Assembly: GCA_033442325.1 (NCBI GenBank)
Contig: JAWQFM010000031.1
Span: 460,588-524,587 of the forward strand
Reading direction: 5' to 3'
DNA from: Salpingoeca rosetta
Lineage: Eukaryota > Protista > Choanoflagellata
Length of the DNA stretch: 64,000 nucleotides
Shown here: piece by piece, positions 44,881 through 57,100 of the stretch
Layout: each line of letters opens with the position of its first letter
Position numbering within the stretch: the first letter of the stretch is position 1
Translations under genes and position numbers: made by a program
The notes under the pieces: model-generated
What the model was told of the DNA's origin: nothing
Seen by the model: only the letters and a program-made list of their open reading frames with translations
The model's database searches: none

Positions 44881-47009
44881 CGTGTGTGCGAGCGTGCATG
44901 CATGCGTGTGTGCGTGCGTGTGCTTGCATGTGAAAAGTGCATTTCCCAGGCTGCACCTTGGGTATAAATTATGCTGTCGGTGTTCAAAATGCGACAGCAG
45001 TTGCGCAGTTTGCAGTTTGCATGCGTGTTTTTCTGCTTGCTTGGGGCAACAGGGCTCCACAAGGCACAAGCACGCGTGCTTCCTCCTCGTCGCAGAGCTG
45101 GTGCAAGGACAAAGGCAACAATGGCCTTGCAAGAAGGCAGTGCGCAAGAACGACAACGTGAGTGGTTGTGACGAGAGTGTTGTGCACCTCCAACNNNNNN
45201 NNNNNNNNNNNNNNNNNNNNNNNNNNNNNNNNNNNNNNNNNNNNNNNNNNNNNNNNNNNNNNNNNNNNNNNNNNNNNNNNNNNNNNNNNNNNNNNNNNNN
45301 NNNNNNNNNNNNNNNNNNNNNNNNNNNNNNNNNNNNNNNNNNNNNNNNNNNNNNNNNNNNNNNNNNNNNNNNNNNNNNNNNNNNNNNNNNNNNNNNNNNN
45401 NNNNNNNNNNNNNNNNNNNNNNNNNNNNNNNNNNNNNNNNNNNNNNNNNNNNNNNNNNNNNNNNNNNNNNNNNNNNNNNNNNNNNNNNNNNNNNNNNNNN
45501 NNNNNNNNNNNNNNNNNNNNNCCTCCTTCATGCTCGCCGTTCGGGGGTCACCAGTGTCTGCACTGGTGAGCAGGCAGCTGTGCGGGAGGCCATGCCAAGT
45601 AACGATGAGCATTCTGCGCTCATGGCTCCTCAGAGGTCGGGCAGGTTGTGCATCACAGCAGCGACAGCAGCGACAGCTGCAGCAAGCGACGGCATGCTTG
45701 TGGCAGCAGCGAGAGTGGTAGGATGTGGGAACGTATCCCGTGTCGGGTGTTTAAAGGGCGACGAGTTGTAAGACGAGAGAAGATGACATGAGAGAAGAGA
45801 ACGGTGAGGGTGCAACAGTGAACATTGAGCGAGAGTAGGAGCGCTGCAAGTGAGCACTTGCGCATGGTGGACCCGTCACGACGATACGTGCACACGTGCA
45901 CACACGCGCGCACAACAATGGAGGATCACAAGCACAAAACCGCATGATGGCTGGTGAGTTTGGCTAAAGCCTCACAAGCAACGACAGCGGCAGCGGCATG
46001 GCGCGCACAAATGCGTTCAGACGGGGTTGATTTTGTACCTCTATGGTGCAGTTCGTAGTCTGCGGGTGTGACAGCAGCAACGACAGCCGCAGCAGCCGCA
46101 GCAGTGCCTCGCTTTTGTCATCTGTCGCTCATACCCCACTGTTCTGCATCGAACACAACCGACGGATGGAACGGAGGCAGTAACACATCACATCGTGAGC
46201 CATGCGCAGGAGTGCAGGAGGACAGGAGTGCAGGAGGTGCAGCACCAACAACGGAATAAGGGCCGTGACTGGCAGCAAGAGCAAGTACGGCCACGCGTAA
46301 CCCACAAGAACACAAACGAAACGACATGCACGATCACGAGCAGTTCACAAGCTGCACCAGTTGTGATGAGACACACACGCACACACGCACGCACACACGC
46401 ACGCACACACACACGCACACGTGTGAGCTTAAACGAACATGCATTCCATCGTGTGCAGCACACTGAGTTGGGCGTGTTTGCCCATGCTTGAGAAGAGAGC
46501 GCACAGCCTGTTAACGTGATTGTGGAGGAAGAAGTAAGACAACGAGCAACGAACGACTTGTGGTGAAAGGGATGCACATATGTGAGCGAGCTAATGAGCT
46601 GCACTACCAAGTGCTCGCATGCACACACACACACACGCACACACACACAACACGCATGCTTGCATGCAAGCAATGAAAGCAGGAACAGCAAAGCCTTCAT
46701 ACCTTTCCGGCTGTGCTCAGGCACAAGCTTCATTTTGATGCACGTACGCTTGCTTGCTTGTTTGCTTGCCTTGCTTTGCAAGTGAGCAAGAGCTGCACGG
46801 TCCGCACTCACATTGCACTGTGCTGTGGGCGTGAGGCTAGAAGGCGCGTTCATTCACCTTTGCTTCGTCTTGCATGCACGCGTGCATGGCCTGGCCTCGT
46901 TTGTTGTGGTGGACATGCCGCTCTCTGCTCCATCATGCGAAGGAAAGGGACGAGAGTGAGGGAGGAGGAGGAGGAGGAGGAAAGTGTGGCACACTGGCAC
47001 ACCCCTATC

Positions 47010-47094
<85 letters not shown>

Positions 47095-47095
<1 letters not shown>

Positions 47096-47220
47096 CTGCG
47101 GTTGTGGACAATTGTGTGAAAACATGTGCACGTTTCAGCTGCTTGCACGCACTTCGTTGGTTGGATGCATTTGGTGCTGCGGTTGTGGACAATTGTGTGA
47201 AAACATGTGCACGTTTCAGC
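47095..47220. repeat. Direct repeat of ~45 bp (two copies, 47095 and 47176) between (GT)n and (CA)n tracts
   Basis: gctgcggttgtggacaattgtgtgaaaacatgtgcacgtttcagc occurs twice. Confidence 0.9.
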
Positions 47221-47247
47221 AGCAGTCGCAGTGGTTGCAGTGAAATG

Positions 47248-47345
<98 letters not shown>

Positions 47346-47758
47346 ACACACACACACACCACACAAAGATCTTCCTTGCTTGGTTGGAAGTGTTGAGATT
47401 GGCATTGTGTCATTCATTCTCCTTCTTCCATCGATAGTGAGGCAAAGTGGATGAGGTTGAGAAGCAGCTGCAAAGGAAGGAGCAAGAGAGCAAGTAACAT
47501 TGTAACAACCTCGACTGTAACAAAGAGAGAGGAACAGAGACTGAGACACACACAGAGAGACAGGCACACACACGCACACATGGACAGACAGACAGAACAC
47601 AGAAGCAGAACAACCCCGACACAAGTCGCCCTTCACCATTCACACTATTCACACGTGTGATTGATTGGTCTTGAAGGCAACTGCTGGCCCTGCTGGTCAG
47701 AGAGAGGGATGGTAACGGATGGAGAAAGAAACTTCGCGAGCAAACACGGCGAGCGTGA

Positions 47759-48889
47759 TCAGAGCAAGTGTTCCTCGAGGGGCCTGTCGCGCGCGAGGTC
47801 TTGTTTCTTGAGCGCCTTCATCACGAGTGCAAGAAGGACAATCACGACGAGCAAGAGAACACCAATGACGGAGCCAACAATGATGACGGTCGGTGTTGTT
47901 GAGCTGGAAGAGGCGACCTTGTCATTGGCCGTCTGCAGCATGGTTTCTTGAGAGACCTCAAAGCCCGTCAAACGAAGATGCTGTCGCATGTCCGTATCGG
48001 CAAAAATGGGGCGAAGGTCAATGTCGCCGTTCTCAATGAGCGCAGTCGCCCGCGCTGCCAACCTGTCCGCATGCCCTTGCTTATCGGAGATGTCAATGAC
48101 AACCGCAAAGTGGGGCCCAGAGTCATCAGCATCCTGGGCGCGTGCTGTGGCGTTTGCGTTCGTCATGTTGCTGGCAAGGTCGCTGAAGATGTTGGTGGCG
48201 GTACCCATGGTTTTCACGGTGATGTGAATGCTTTCAGGCGTGATGCCCAGCTGCTGAGCCAGCTGCTGTTCCACAGACTTGGCCATCGAAGCAGAGATGG
48301 ACGGTACTGACCGCCGATGGCGCCAAAGCCAGTCCCAGACACCTGCCCCGAAGCCGAGCAGAGGCTTGACTTGCTGATGCCTGTTGTTGGGTGCTCCGAA
48401 GGACCCGAGGCAACTGAACGCCGTCTGCAGACCTTGACGAATCGTGGAGGTCGTCTGGAATTCATTGTATTCGCGTGTCACGATTTCTAGTATCCGCTGC
48501 CTGTCAATCGGACGGAGGTTGCAGGCGTTCTTTGATGCCTGTGTGTAGCATGACAGGTGCGACTCAAACTCTGTCGCGCTCAATGTGCGGCAACGGCTGT
48601 TTGGGTTTGAGCGGAAATAGGCATCCAGTTTGCCCTGCAAGCACTGCTTTGTGGATCGCACCCACCGCCGGCCACGCCCAGTGAAGTCGTTGAATCCGCG
48701 CTCAAACCTTTGACAAAATGAGTGACCAAAGCTCAGCGGTAGGTCGTCATCGCTGTGTCCGCACACTTGGGCGAGGGATGCGGCGGAACACTGGCGGTAA
48801 ATTGCGCTGCATGAGCCCTCAGCTTCCTCCTGCCCAAGCACGCCCTGGAAGCCGCCCGTCGCCGTTACAAGGACAATCGCCGCCGCCAT
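47759..48889 (-). CDS. Stanniocalcin-like domain type I membrane protein
   Basis: Signal-like N-terminus; CG....L.FG..FC..F.....F...G..WV...KQCLQ..L...C.......F.SH..CY.....C.L...D...I pattern; C-terminal TM VIIVGSVIGVLLLVVIVLLALV; true start may lie on an upstream exon. Confidence 0.75.
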   Translation of the reverse strand: MAAAIVLVTATGGFQGVLGQEEAEGSCSAIYRQCSAASLAQVCGHSDDDLPLSFGHSFCQRFERGFNDFTGRGRRWVRSTKQCLQGKLDAYFRSNPNSRCRTLSATEFESHLSCYTQASKNACNLRPIDRQRILEIVTREYNEFQTTSTIRQGLQTAFSCLGSFGAPNNRHQQVKPLLGFGAGVWDWLWRHRRSVPSISASMAKSVEQQLAQQLGITPESIHITVKTMGTATNIFSDLASNMTNANATARAQDADDSGPHFAVVIDISDKQGHADRLAARATALIENGDIDLRPIFADTDMRQHLRLTGFEVSQETMLQTANDKVASSSSTTPTVIIVGSVIGVLLLVVIVLLALVMKALKKQDLARDRPLEEHLL

Positions 48890-48955
48890 AATGGCCACAG
48901 TCCTGAAAACGGAGGAGGACGGAGGAGGATGGCATCTCGTCGTCGTTGTTTTCAG

Positions 48956-49000
<45 letters not shown>

Positions 49001-49004
<4 letters not shown>

Positions 49005-49146
49005 TGCAGTGCAGTCTTCTGTCCTGGCGTCAGCCAACAGGTCAAGCCGCCGGGGAGGTGCTCAGGTGCTCAGGGGGTGTGCAGTGCAGTCTTCTGTCCT
49101 GGCGTCAGCCAACAGGTCAAGCCGCCGGGGAGGTGCTCAGGTGCTC
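49001..49146. repeat. Tandem duplication, 75-bp period, two copies
   Basis: ggtgtgcagtgcagtcttctgtcctggcgtcagccaacaggtcaagccgccggggaggtgctcaggtgctc at 49001 and 49076. Confidence 0.95.
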
Positions 49147-51769
49147 GGGGTGGAAGGGTGAATGAAGGCTTGCTCTGGCAAATTGTGAGGGGAAAGCCTC
49201 AGGAGAGGTGGAGGGACAACAAGCGAAACAACGCACAAGCACACAAAAGGCCTGAAAGCCAAGGTGTGGGACGCTGGGCAACAATAGCACAAACGAAGTG
49301 GGAGAAAATTTCCCGTGTATCGTGAGCAAGCCCGCAAGGCTGTCCCGGTTTGTCCCCATTGGATGGATCGAACAAAGGCGAAGATGAGACAACGGTGCGC
49401 TCGGTGGGTGGGACAGCGAACGAACGGGTCAATGGGGTTTGCTTCGTTCGCCTCGTTCTTCTGCGTGTTCGAGTTGTTTGGAGTTGTTGTACTGTTCGCG
49501 AATTCGTGGCCTTCAGCTTTAGAGCTCTCTCTTTAGCTCGCTGATGTGGTGAGGATGAACAAACACCCTGAGCATCTCTTTCAGTCTTTCAGCATCTCCA
49601 CTTTCCGGCCACTCTCCCATGTGCTGAAGATTGTTTGCTTTTCTTGACATCAAGTCTCACTCACTCAAAGACCAGCCCCCCCCCCCAAGCTCTGTAAGTC
49701 TGCAAGCAAGAACAAAGTTTGCGTGAGCGTGAGCGAACTCAAGCAGAAAGACCAAACACCGTCCTCCCTCGTGTACCTCAACAACGCAACAAGAACAGAA
49801 CTGACAATGTTTTCGCAGCAAAGGCAGTGGAAGAGTGAATGCTGTTCCTTTCACACTCCTACTTGGCAGCGGCTCTTGGCACCGCAATGGACTGCGGCGT
49901 TGGGCGCTGTCCTCAAAGAAGACGATTCCGGCAGGCTGGTAATTAACACCACAGACCCCGAACGGCGTCGACGTGCAAGGCTTGCACAACACCGTTGCAA
50001 GGCTTCAGGACGAGATCGCCAGCATGAAAGACTTGCTCAACGGTAATTCGCTCAGGTGCGACGTGGACTCGGGCATTGCAGACGTTTTTTGGCGACGACG
50101 AAATGCAAAGTGGAGATCGCAGGTGAAAGTGCACACCCGTGGACGCTCGCCGCTCGCTTCTCAAACGACGGCACCAACACATGGACATGGAATCGCTGCA
50201 ACCTGTGGTCAAACCAAGAACTCGTTTGAACAGCAGAATCCCAGAACGACTTCAAAGGAAACGCGTGGTTTCCAAAGGCAGTGGACGTGCTGTTTGTCTC
50301 CAACACGGGAGAGTGGATCGCGCACGAAGGTGCGCTGGCCGGCGATTCCCTTCAAGCCCTCTTCTCAGACGTCCCGGTGCCGTGCAGCACCGGCTGTCTG
50401 AAGCTGCAACGTGTGTCCGCCAAAGGGAGCCGATGCGACGAAGACGTGTTGATGGCGATGGCACGGCTCCGACTCCATGTACGGCGAAAGCACACGCGGC
50501 TTCGCGTGGAGTTTTGGTCACAACGCCCGCCGTCCATTGGGCGAAACTGGGTCGCTGAGGCCCTTGCGTACATCCGCCAACGCAGAGCAGTCTGCGCTTG
50601 GCTTTCTCGGCAGTGCTTCGAATGGTGCCTTCATGGAGGTGTATGTTCGTTGATGTGTCGATGTCGCCCAAAGTGAGGCAGAGGAGAGGAAGGACGGAGG
50701 GAGGGTATGCTTGCGCGAGCATAAAAAAAAAAGAGAGAGAGAGAGTGTGTGTGTGTGTGTGTGTGTTCGCTTCAGTGTCTCAGCGCCTCGTTGTGCGCCT
50801 CTCTGTGCGCCTCTCTGTGTTTGCACTTTCATTCTGCTGCCTTGCTATTGTCCTCTCTCCACTCCTGCCTCTGCGTCCCAATGCCTCACTCATGGGCAAG
50901 CGTGTGGACAGCATTGGTCGACAGGACCGCAGGCCGGCAAGCTTATTGCTTGCGTGTCGATGTGCCGAACGTGTTACACGCGCCATGTTCAAGACTGGTT
51001 TGTTGGTTTGTCAAAGGATATGCATGTCTGCGTGCACGGCGAATGCGCAGAGCTAGAGGTTTCAGCTGGAGCTGTAGGGAACAAAACAAACGGATCTGTG
51101 TGCATGAAAGACAGAGGAGGGTGAGCAATTGCTTCATGGTGCACTTCTGTGTGTGTGTGTGTCTGTGTCTGTGTCTGTGTCCTTACCTTTGGTGTGTGCG
51201 GATTTCTGCCTCCTTTGATGAACCTCATGTGGTGAGTGTCGAACGATTGCATCGACCTTTGTACGCGTGCTTCGTGTATCTTCTGTTTCCTTTGTTCCAC
51301 CGCGACTGCCGAGTGGAGTAGACCCACACACTCACACAGGCCTTTACGTTGACCACCCGGCATCTTGTGTCGACTGCATGCAATTCAACATCCAGACAGC
51401 GTGCACCATCCCTCTTCTTTGCCCACACTTCGTCAGTGCACGCGTGTGTTGCGTGTGCTGGCACTGACTCCCAAACAAACAAGGCTTGTGATGTTCTGAA
51501 CTGATTCCCCTGACGAGATAATGGTGTTTATTCGTTTATGATATGTCGACAAGACACCCAACAGAGAAGGAGAGACGCTAGAGATAGCCACCAAACGACC
51601 AAGGTCTTCGCCACTCATGTGCAATTCAACAACTCAAGCTGCCTGAAGGGCTAATCGCCATCATTACAGGCCACTCAATCAAGAAGAGGAAGAACCAAAC
51701 ACGCCAACAGTGCAAGCAACGAAGACGTATTCACGAGAGCCATTCGTCAGAGTCAGCTTGCTGCGTATC

Positions 51770-53706
51770 ATGATGCGTGTCGTCCTCCTGTGTGACGATG
51801 GCTGGATGCTGCCGTCTTGGGCACTCCTGTGCTTGTGCTTCACTTCACGGCCACACTTGCGACAGACATGGCGGGGCATGGTTCCAGTTCAAGACTTCTC
51901 TCTGCGCAGCTCCACAACAACAGCGTCAGCCAGACAGCAAGCACGGCAAACAGGCGACCAAGCGAAACGGAAGGTAGAAAGTGGCGTGGTTTGTGGTCGA
52001 CAAGAAAATAGAGACTGAGAGGAGGACCAATGGCGCGAAAATTTAGGCGCATGCGTCACAAAGATGGGCAAACGAATCGCTCAATCCCAAAGTCAAATCT
52101 GCCTTGGAGCTGAGCACGTGTGAAGGGAGGAGCGTGGTCATCCATCGCCAACCGTTACTCAGCTCACGTTGCTGTTGCTGCAGACAAGAGAACGAAAGAA
52201 CTACGGGCAGTTCAATACTTCAATGCAATGTTTCATTGGTACGGTGTGATGTGGCTGCCTGTCCATTCCAAGAATCCAGCAGCGTTGATTTGCAGTTTTC
52301 GTAATCACGCATATGCAATGCACACGTGTTCGATCACAGATTCATGCAAACACACACACACACACCCACGAACACGTCTGCGTGTGCGGTTCACCGTGGC
52401 TTGTCCTCTCCTCTTGTCTCCGTCCCCTGCTCGAGTCACGCTCTCTCTGTGGCTGATGGGGACGCCTGTTCTGAAAGACTGTCGGCCACAGCGCACGCAC
52501 TGTCGCAGATGGGTTTGCTGGCAGACTAGAGATATGATGTCCGAGTTTCCTTTGCCTCCTACTCTAACGTCTTCTCTCTGTGTGTCACAGCCCTCAAAAG
52601 GAGTCGCGCTGTTTGGCTGTTATTGTGCCACATGACGCAGGTGGTTGTGACGACTACTGTGATGACTATTGCAACGCTGGCTACGACTACGGGTAAGGAA
52701 GCTCATCCCCGTGCATTCCAAACACGCACACGCACACATCGCTTGTGCACCATGCTGGCGTGTGAGTCCTGTTTGAGCTTGCAAGGCAGCCCAACACGTG
52801 CATGACCTCACACTGTTCACCTGTTGCCGCTCGAATGTTCTTCTGTCCGCTGTTCTTTCTCCTTTACCTGCTTCTCTTTGCCAGCTGCGATCACTATTGC
52901 GACTTTGGATGCGACTCGTAAGTTCAACATCGCATGGCGTGCGTGGAGCTGTTCACACGCGTCAATGTTGGCCGCTTGCTCGCTTTTGTTGTTGTCTTCT
53001 CTTCTTCTGTTCCTGTACCTTCTACTGCTGCCCACCGCTCATGAGCTGTCTCACACGTCCATGGCCTTCAGGAGCTGCTCGGAGTCCTGCTCAAGCTGTG
53101 ATGACAGCTGTGATTCCAGTTGCATCATTAATGACATCGGATGCGACAGTGAGTGCAGAGCGAATCACTGTTGTGCTTCGAGCACCGTCTCATTGCATAT
53201 CACACACCGCAAGCGCGTGCTTTTACGCTTGTGATGCCGTTGACTCGTGTGCTTGTGTCGTTGACTCAGCATTGCCACCATTTTGGTTGGTTCCATTTCA
53301 CCACCGTTCACAGGCAGCTGCGACACTGGCTGCGACTATTGCACCGATTGCAATGACGCCTGCGATGAATCATGCGACGGTGACTGTGGTGCGTTTCTCA
53401 AACTTGCAAGCTTGCATCATCTTCGCGACATCTCGTGCTGGACGGCAACGTAAGACGGATGACTAACATGATCTGACTTTGAGCCGTTGCGGTGTTTGAC
53501 AACATAACCTCAGACGAGGGCTGTGATACCTGCTACAGCGGATGCGACTCTGGCTGCGACATTTGCTACGACAGCTGCGACGATGGTGCGTTTGTCTTAT
53601 GAATGCTTGCTTGCAAATGATAGGCTTGTGAGGTCATTTGCTGACTTGTTACTGGGAACACGAGCTTGCTACACAGGATCCTGTGCACACACCACACGCG
53701 TTCTTG

Positions 53707-53749
<43 letters not shown>

Positions 53750-54073
53750 TTGTTGTACCTGACGTTGCGCTTGCCAGATTGCAACGGGGATTGCGACTAT
53801 GGATGCGACGACTCATGTGCTTGGGTGAGTGATATCGTCAACATGTTCGTCAGTGAGACGACTTTAGCGCAGTGCCACATGCTTCCTCCTCACTCACATT
53901 GTCCTCCGCTCACGATTCCCCGTAAACCCCACATCAACACCGACATTGCTGCAGACATACTGCGACGACTACTGTGACGATGGCTGCGGTCAGTTACCAC
54001 CAACATCCCACCTGGCCTGTCAATGCTTGCGCATGTCCTGTAAAGTTTATTGAATGGCATGATGATCGTCTTG

Positions 54074-54127
<54 letters not shown>

Positions 54128-57100
54128 CCGACATCTCACTCGTTCAATTCATCCCACCCGATAACCGTGCTCTCGTCGCGTTGTTGACACGCCAACACCA
54201 ACAGACGATTCATGTGGTGAGTGCATGCAGCTGCTGAAATGAACTCTCTTCAATTGTGCCCTCTGCTGTTTTTGCTGATGTGCACCAGCCATCACCGCCT
54301 TGCTGCCAAGTCTTGATTTTCCAATACACAAGCTCACATGCACCTAACTTGCGCCCCCCAAACTTTCCCTTCTTCCTAACGCAGACACTGGCTGCGACGG
54401 CCCATGCGATTCGTAAGATGTGTCGGTCTTGTCTGTTCACTCACATTACATGTTGCTGGCGCGACTTGATGGTCACTGCGACATTGTCCTCCCCTGCACG
54501 ATTGATCCATTCACATTCAACACTACTCACTTGTCACAACTCACACTGGTTGTTGTTGGCATCCATGCGTTATTTGCGGTTCATCGTCCTCAGGGGCTGT
54601 GATGACAGCTGCGGTGCGTTCNNNNNNNNNNNNNNNNNNNNNNNNNNNNNNNNNNNNNNNNNNNNNNNNNNNNNNNNNNNNNNNNNNNNNNNNNNNNNNN
54701 NNNNNNNNNNNNNNNNNNNNNTACTGTGTCGACCCTATTTGATGTGGCTCATGCATTGCCTTCGTCTGCTGCACGGCCGCCTTCTCCGCTCACTTTCAAT
54801 TCATGTTGACGAACCTCCCTTCTTTTCAAATCGCTGTCTGTCATCACAGATGACTCCTGCGACACGTGCACCCCGATCAGCTGCGACACTGGCTGTGACA
54901 GCAGCTGCTACTGCAACCCTGGCTACTACGGCACAGCCCCATACTGCTCATACTGCGGCACAGGCACATACATGCCCTACTACGGAGCGACGAACTGCTA
55001 CGCATGCGACAACTGTTCACCCGGTGAATACCGCTCTGGGTGCGGAGGATCAAGCGCAGGCACTTGCCGGGCATGTGCCTCTTGTCCTGCCGGCACCTAC
55101 CGCTACAAGTGCGGCGGCCAAAACAGCGGATATTGCCGCACGTGCTCGTCAGGGTAAGTTTGATGCTAGGCAACAAGCTCACTCACGCAAGACACATGCT
55201 GCCCTGTGGTGTGCAAATATTCGCTTGCGTTGACCATGCATGAATTCGAGAACACTCACTCGGCTGTTGCAATTGCGTTTCCCCTTGCTTTGTAGAACGT
55301 ACAAATTGGTTGATGGAACAAGCGGCTGCACGTCATGCACCGCTTGTCCATCTTCCACATACGAGACATCGCCATGCACCTCAACCTCAAACCGAGGGTG
55401 CACTCGCTTGACAGTGTGCACGGGCAGCCAGTACGAGAAGACTGCTGCGACGGCGACGAGCGACCGTGTGTGCCGCGGGCTGACGACGTGCGGTGCTGGG
55501 GAGCAGGAGAAGGTGGCGCCGACGGCGAGCAGCGACCGCGTGTGCGAGGCGTGCCCAGCTGGGACAACGGATGCCAACAGCGACGGCAGCGACGCGTGCG
55601 TGACGTGCGGCGGTGGGACGTATGTGCCAGCTGGGTCGACTGGGACTTGCTCGCAGTACGAGTGCAGCGCGGGCACGGCTGACACGGACAGCAACGCTGG
55701 GACGGCGTGCGAGGCGTGCGACGGGACGACGACGTACCAGCCGAGCAAGGGCCAGGAGCGGTGCCTGAGTGTGAAGACGTGCGGGGCTGGCGAAGAGGAG
55801 ACGACGTCGCCGAGTGCGACGCGGAACCGGGTGTGTCAGCCGTGCCAGCTCGGGTCGACGTTCAAGGCGCAGAGCGGACAGAGCACGCGGTGCATTTCTG
55901 TGACGACGTGCGGCGCTGGTGAGGAGGAGATTGCTTCGCCGACGCTGTCCACAGATCGGCAGTGCCGCACGTGTGCCAGTGGGACGTTCAAGGCTGCTGC
56001 TGGGCAGGGCACGACATGTGTTGCTGTGAGCACGTGTGCTGCTGGCTTTACGGTACGTCACTGTGTAGTGTGTGTGTGTGTGTTTTGACTGACTGTGTGC
56101 ATGTGTGTGCATATGTGTGCATATGTGTGCATGTGTGTGTGCATGTTTGTGAATGAACTTGGGTTGTACAAGCCGTGCGTGAGTGTGTGCCTGGGTTGTA
56201 TGTTTGGTTACGATGGCTCACGCGTGGTTGGTGTGATGCGACTGCGATGCAACAATGTGCTTGTGTGTGCGTGTTTGTGTGTGTTTGTAGGAGGATGTTG
56301 CTCCGACACCATCGTCTGATCGGGTGTGCGTTGAGTGTGCGCCCGGGACATTTAAGGCGACTGCTGGCGATGGGACGCGTCGTGCGCACAGGACGTGTGA
56401 GGACACGGAGTATGAGACGGTTGCGCCGACGAGCTCATCTGACCGGCAGTGCAAAGTGCTGACAGTGTGCCAGGATGATGAGTGGGAGTGGAACGCACCG
56501 ACAACAACCACGGACAGGGAGTGCCTGCCATGTGGCACATGCGCTGATGGCTTGCTTATTGAAGCTGAGTGCACTGATACGTCGCCAACCAAGTGTGTTG
56601 GGTGTGATGAGTGTGCGCCGGGACAATACGTTGCAGTTGGGTGTACATTGGATGATCCCACACAGTGTGCTGACTGCACGACGTGTGGCAGTGATGAGTA
56701 CCAGATGAAGGGGTGCAACGTGTTGCAAGACACGGAGTGTGCGACGCTGACGACGTGCAGCAGCACGCAGTTTGAGGTTGAGGCGCCGACAGCGACGCGT
56801 GACCGCCGGTGCAAGGACCTGACGGCGTGCCAGCCTGGGGAGTACGAGTGCACGGCAGCGACGCTGACGACGGACCGCGAGTGCTGCGGGGTGACGCAGT
56901 GTGCGCCGGGCAGCGAGGAGACGTCCGCGCCGACGGCGACGTCTGATCGGGAGTGCCGGCAGTGTGTTGCGGGCACGACAGATGCTGACGGAAGCGGGAC
57001 GACGCCCTGTGTTGCGTGCAGTGCCGGGCACTATGTGCCGCGCGGACGCACTGGCGGGTGTGCGGCGTTTGAGTGCGCGGCGGGCCACGTGGACCAGGAC

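Noticed and set aside
40560-47000. Short ORFs in the gap-rich low-complexity region
   Set aside because: No consistent exon chain or motif, apart from one low-confidence ORF listed
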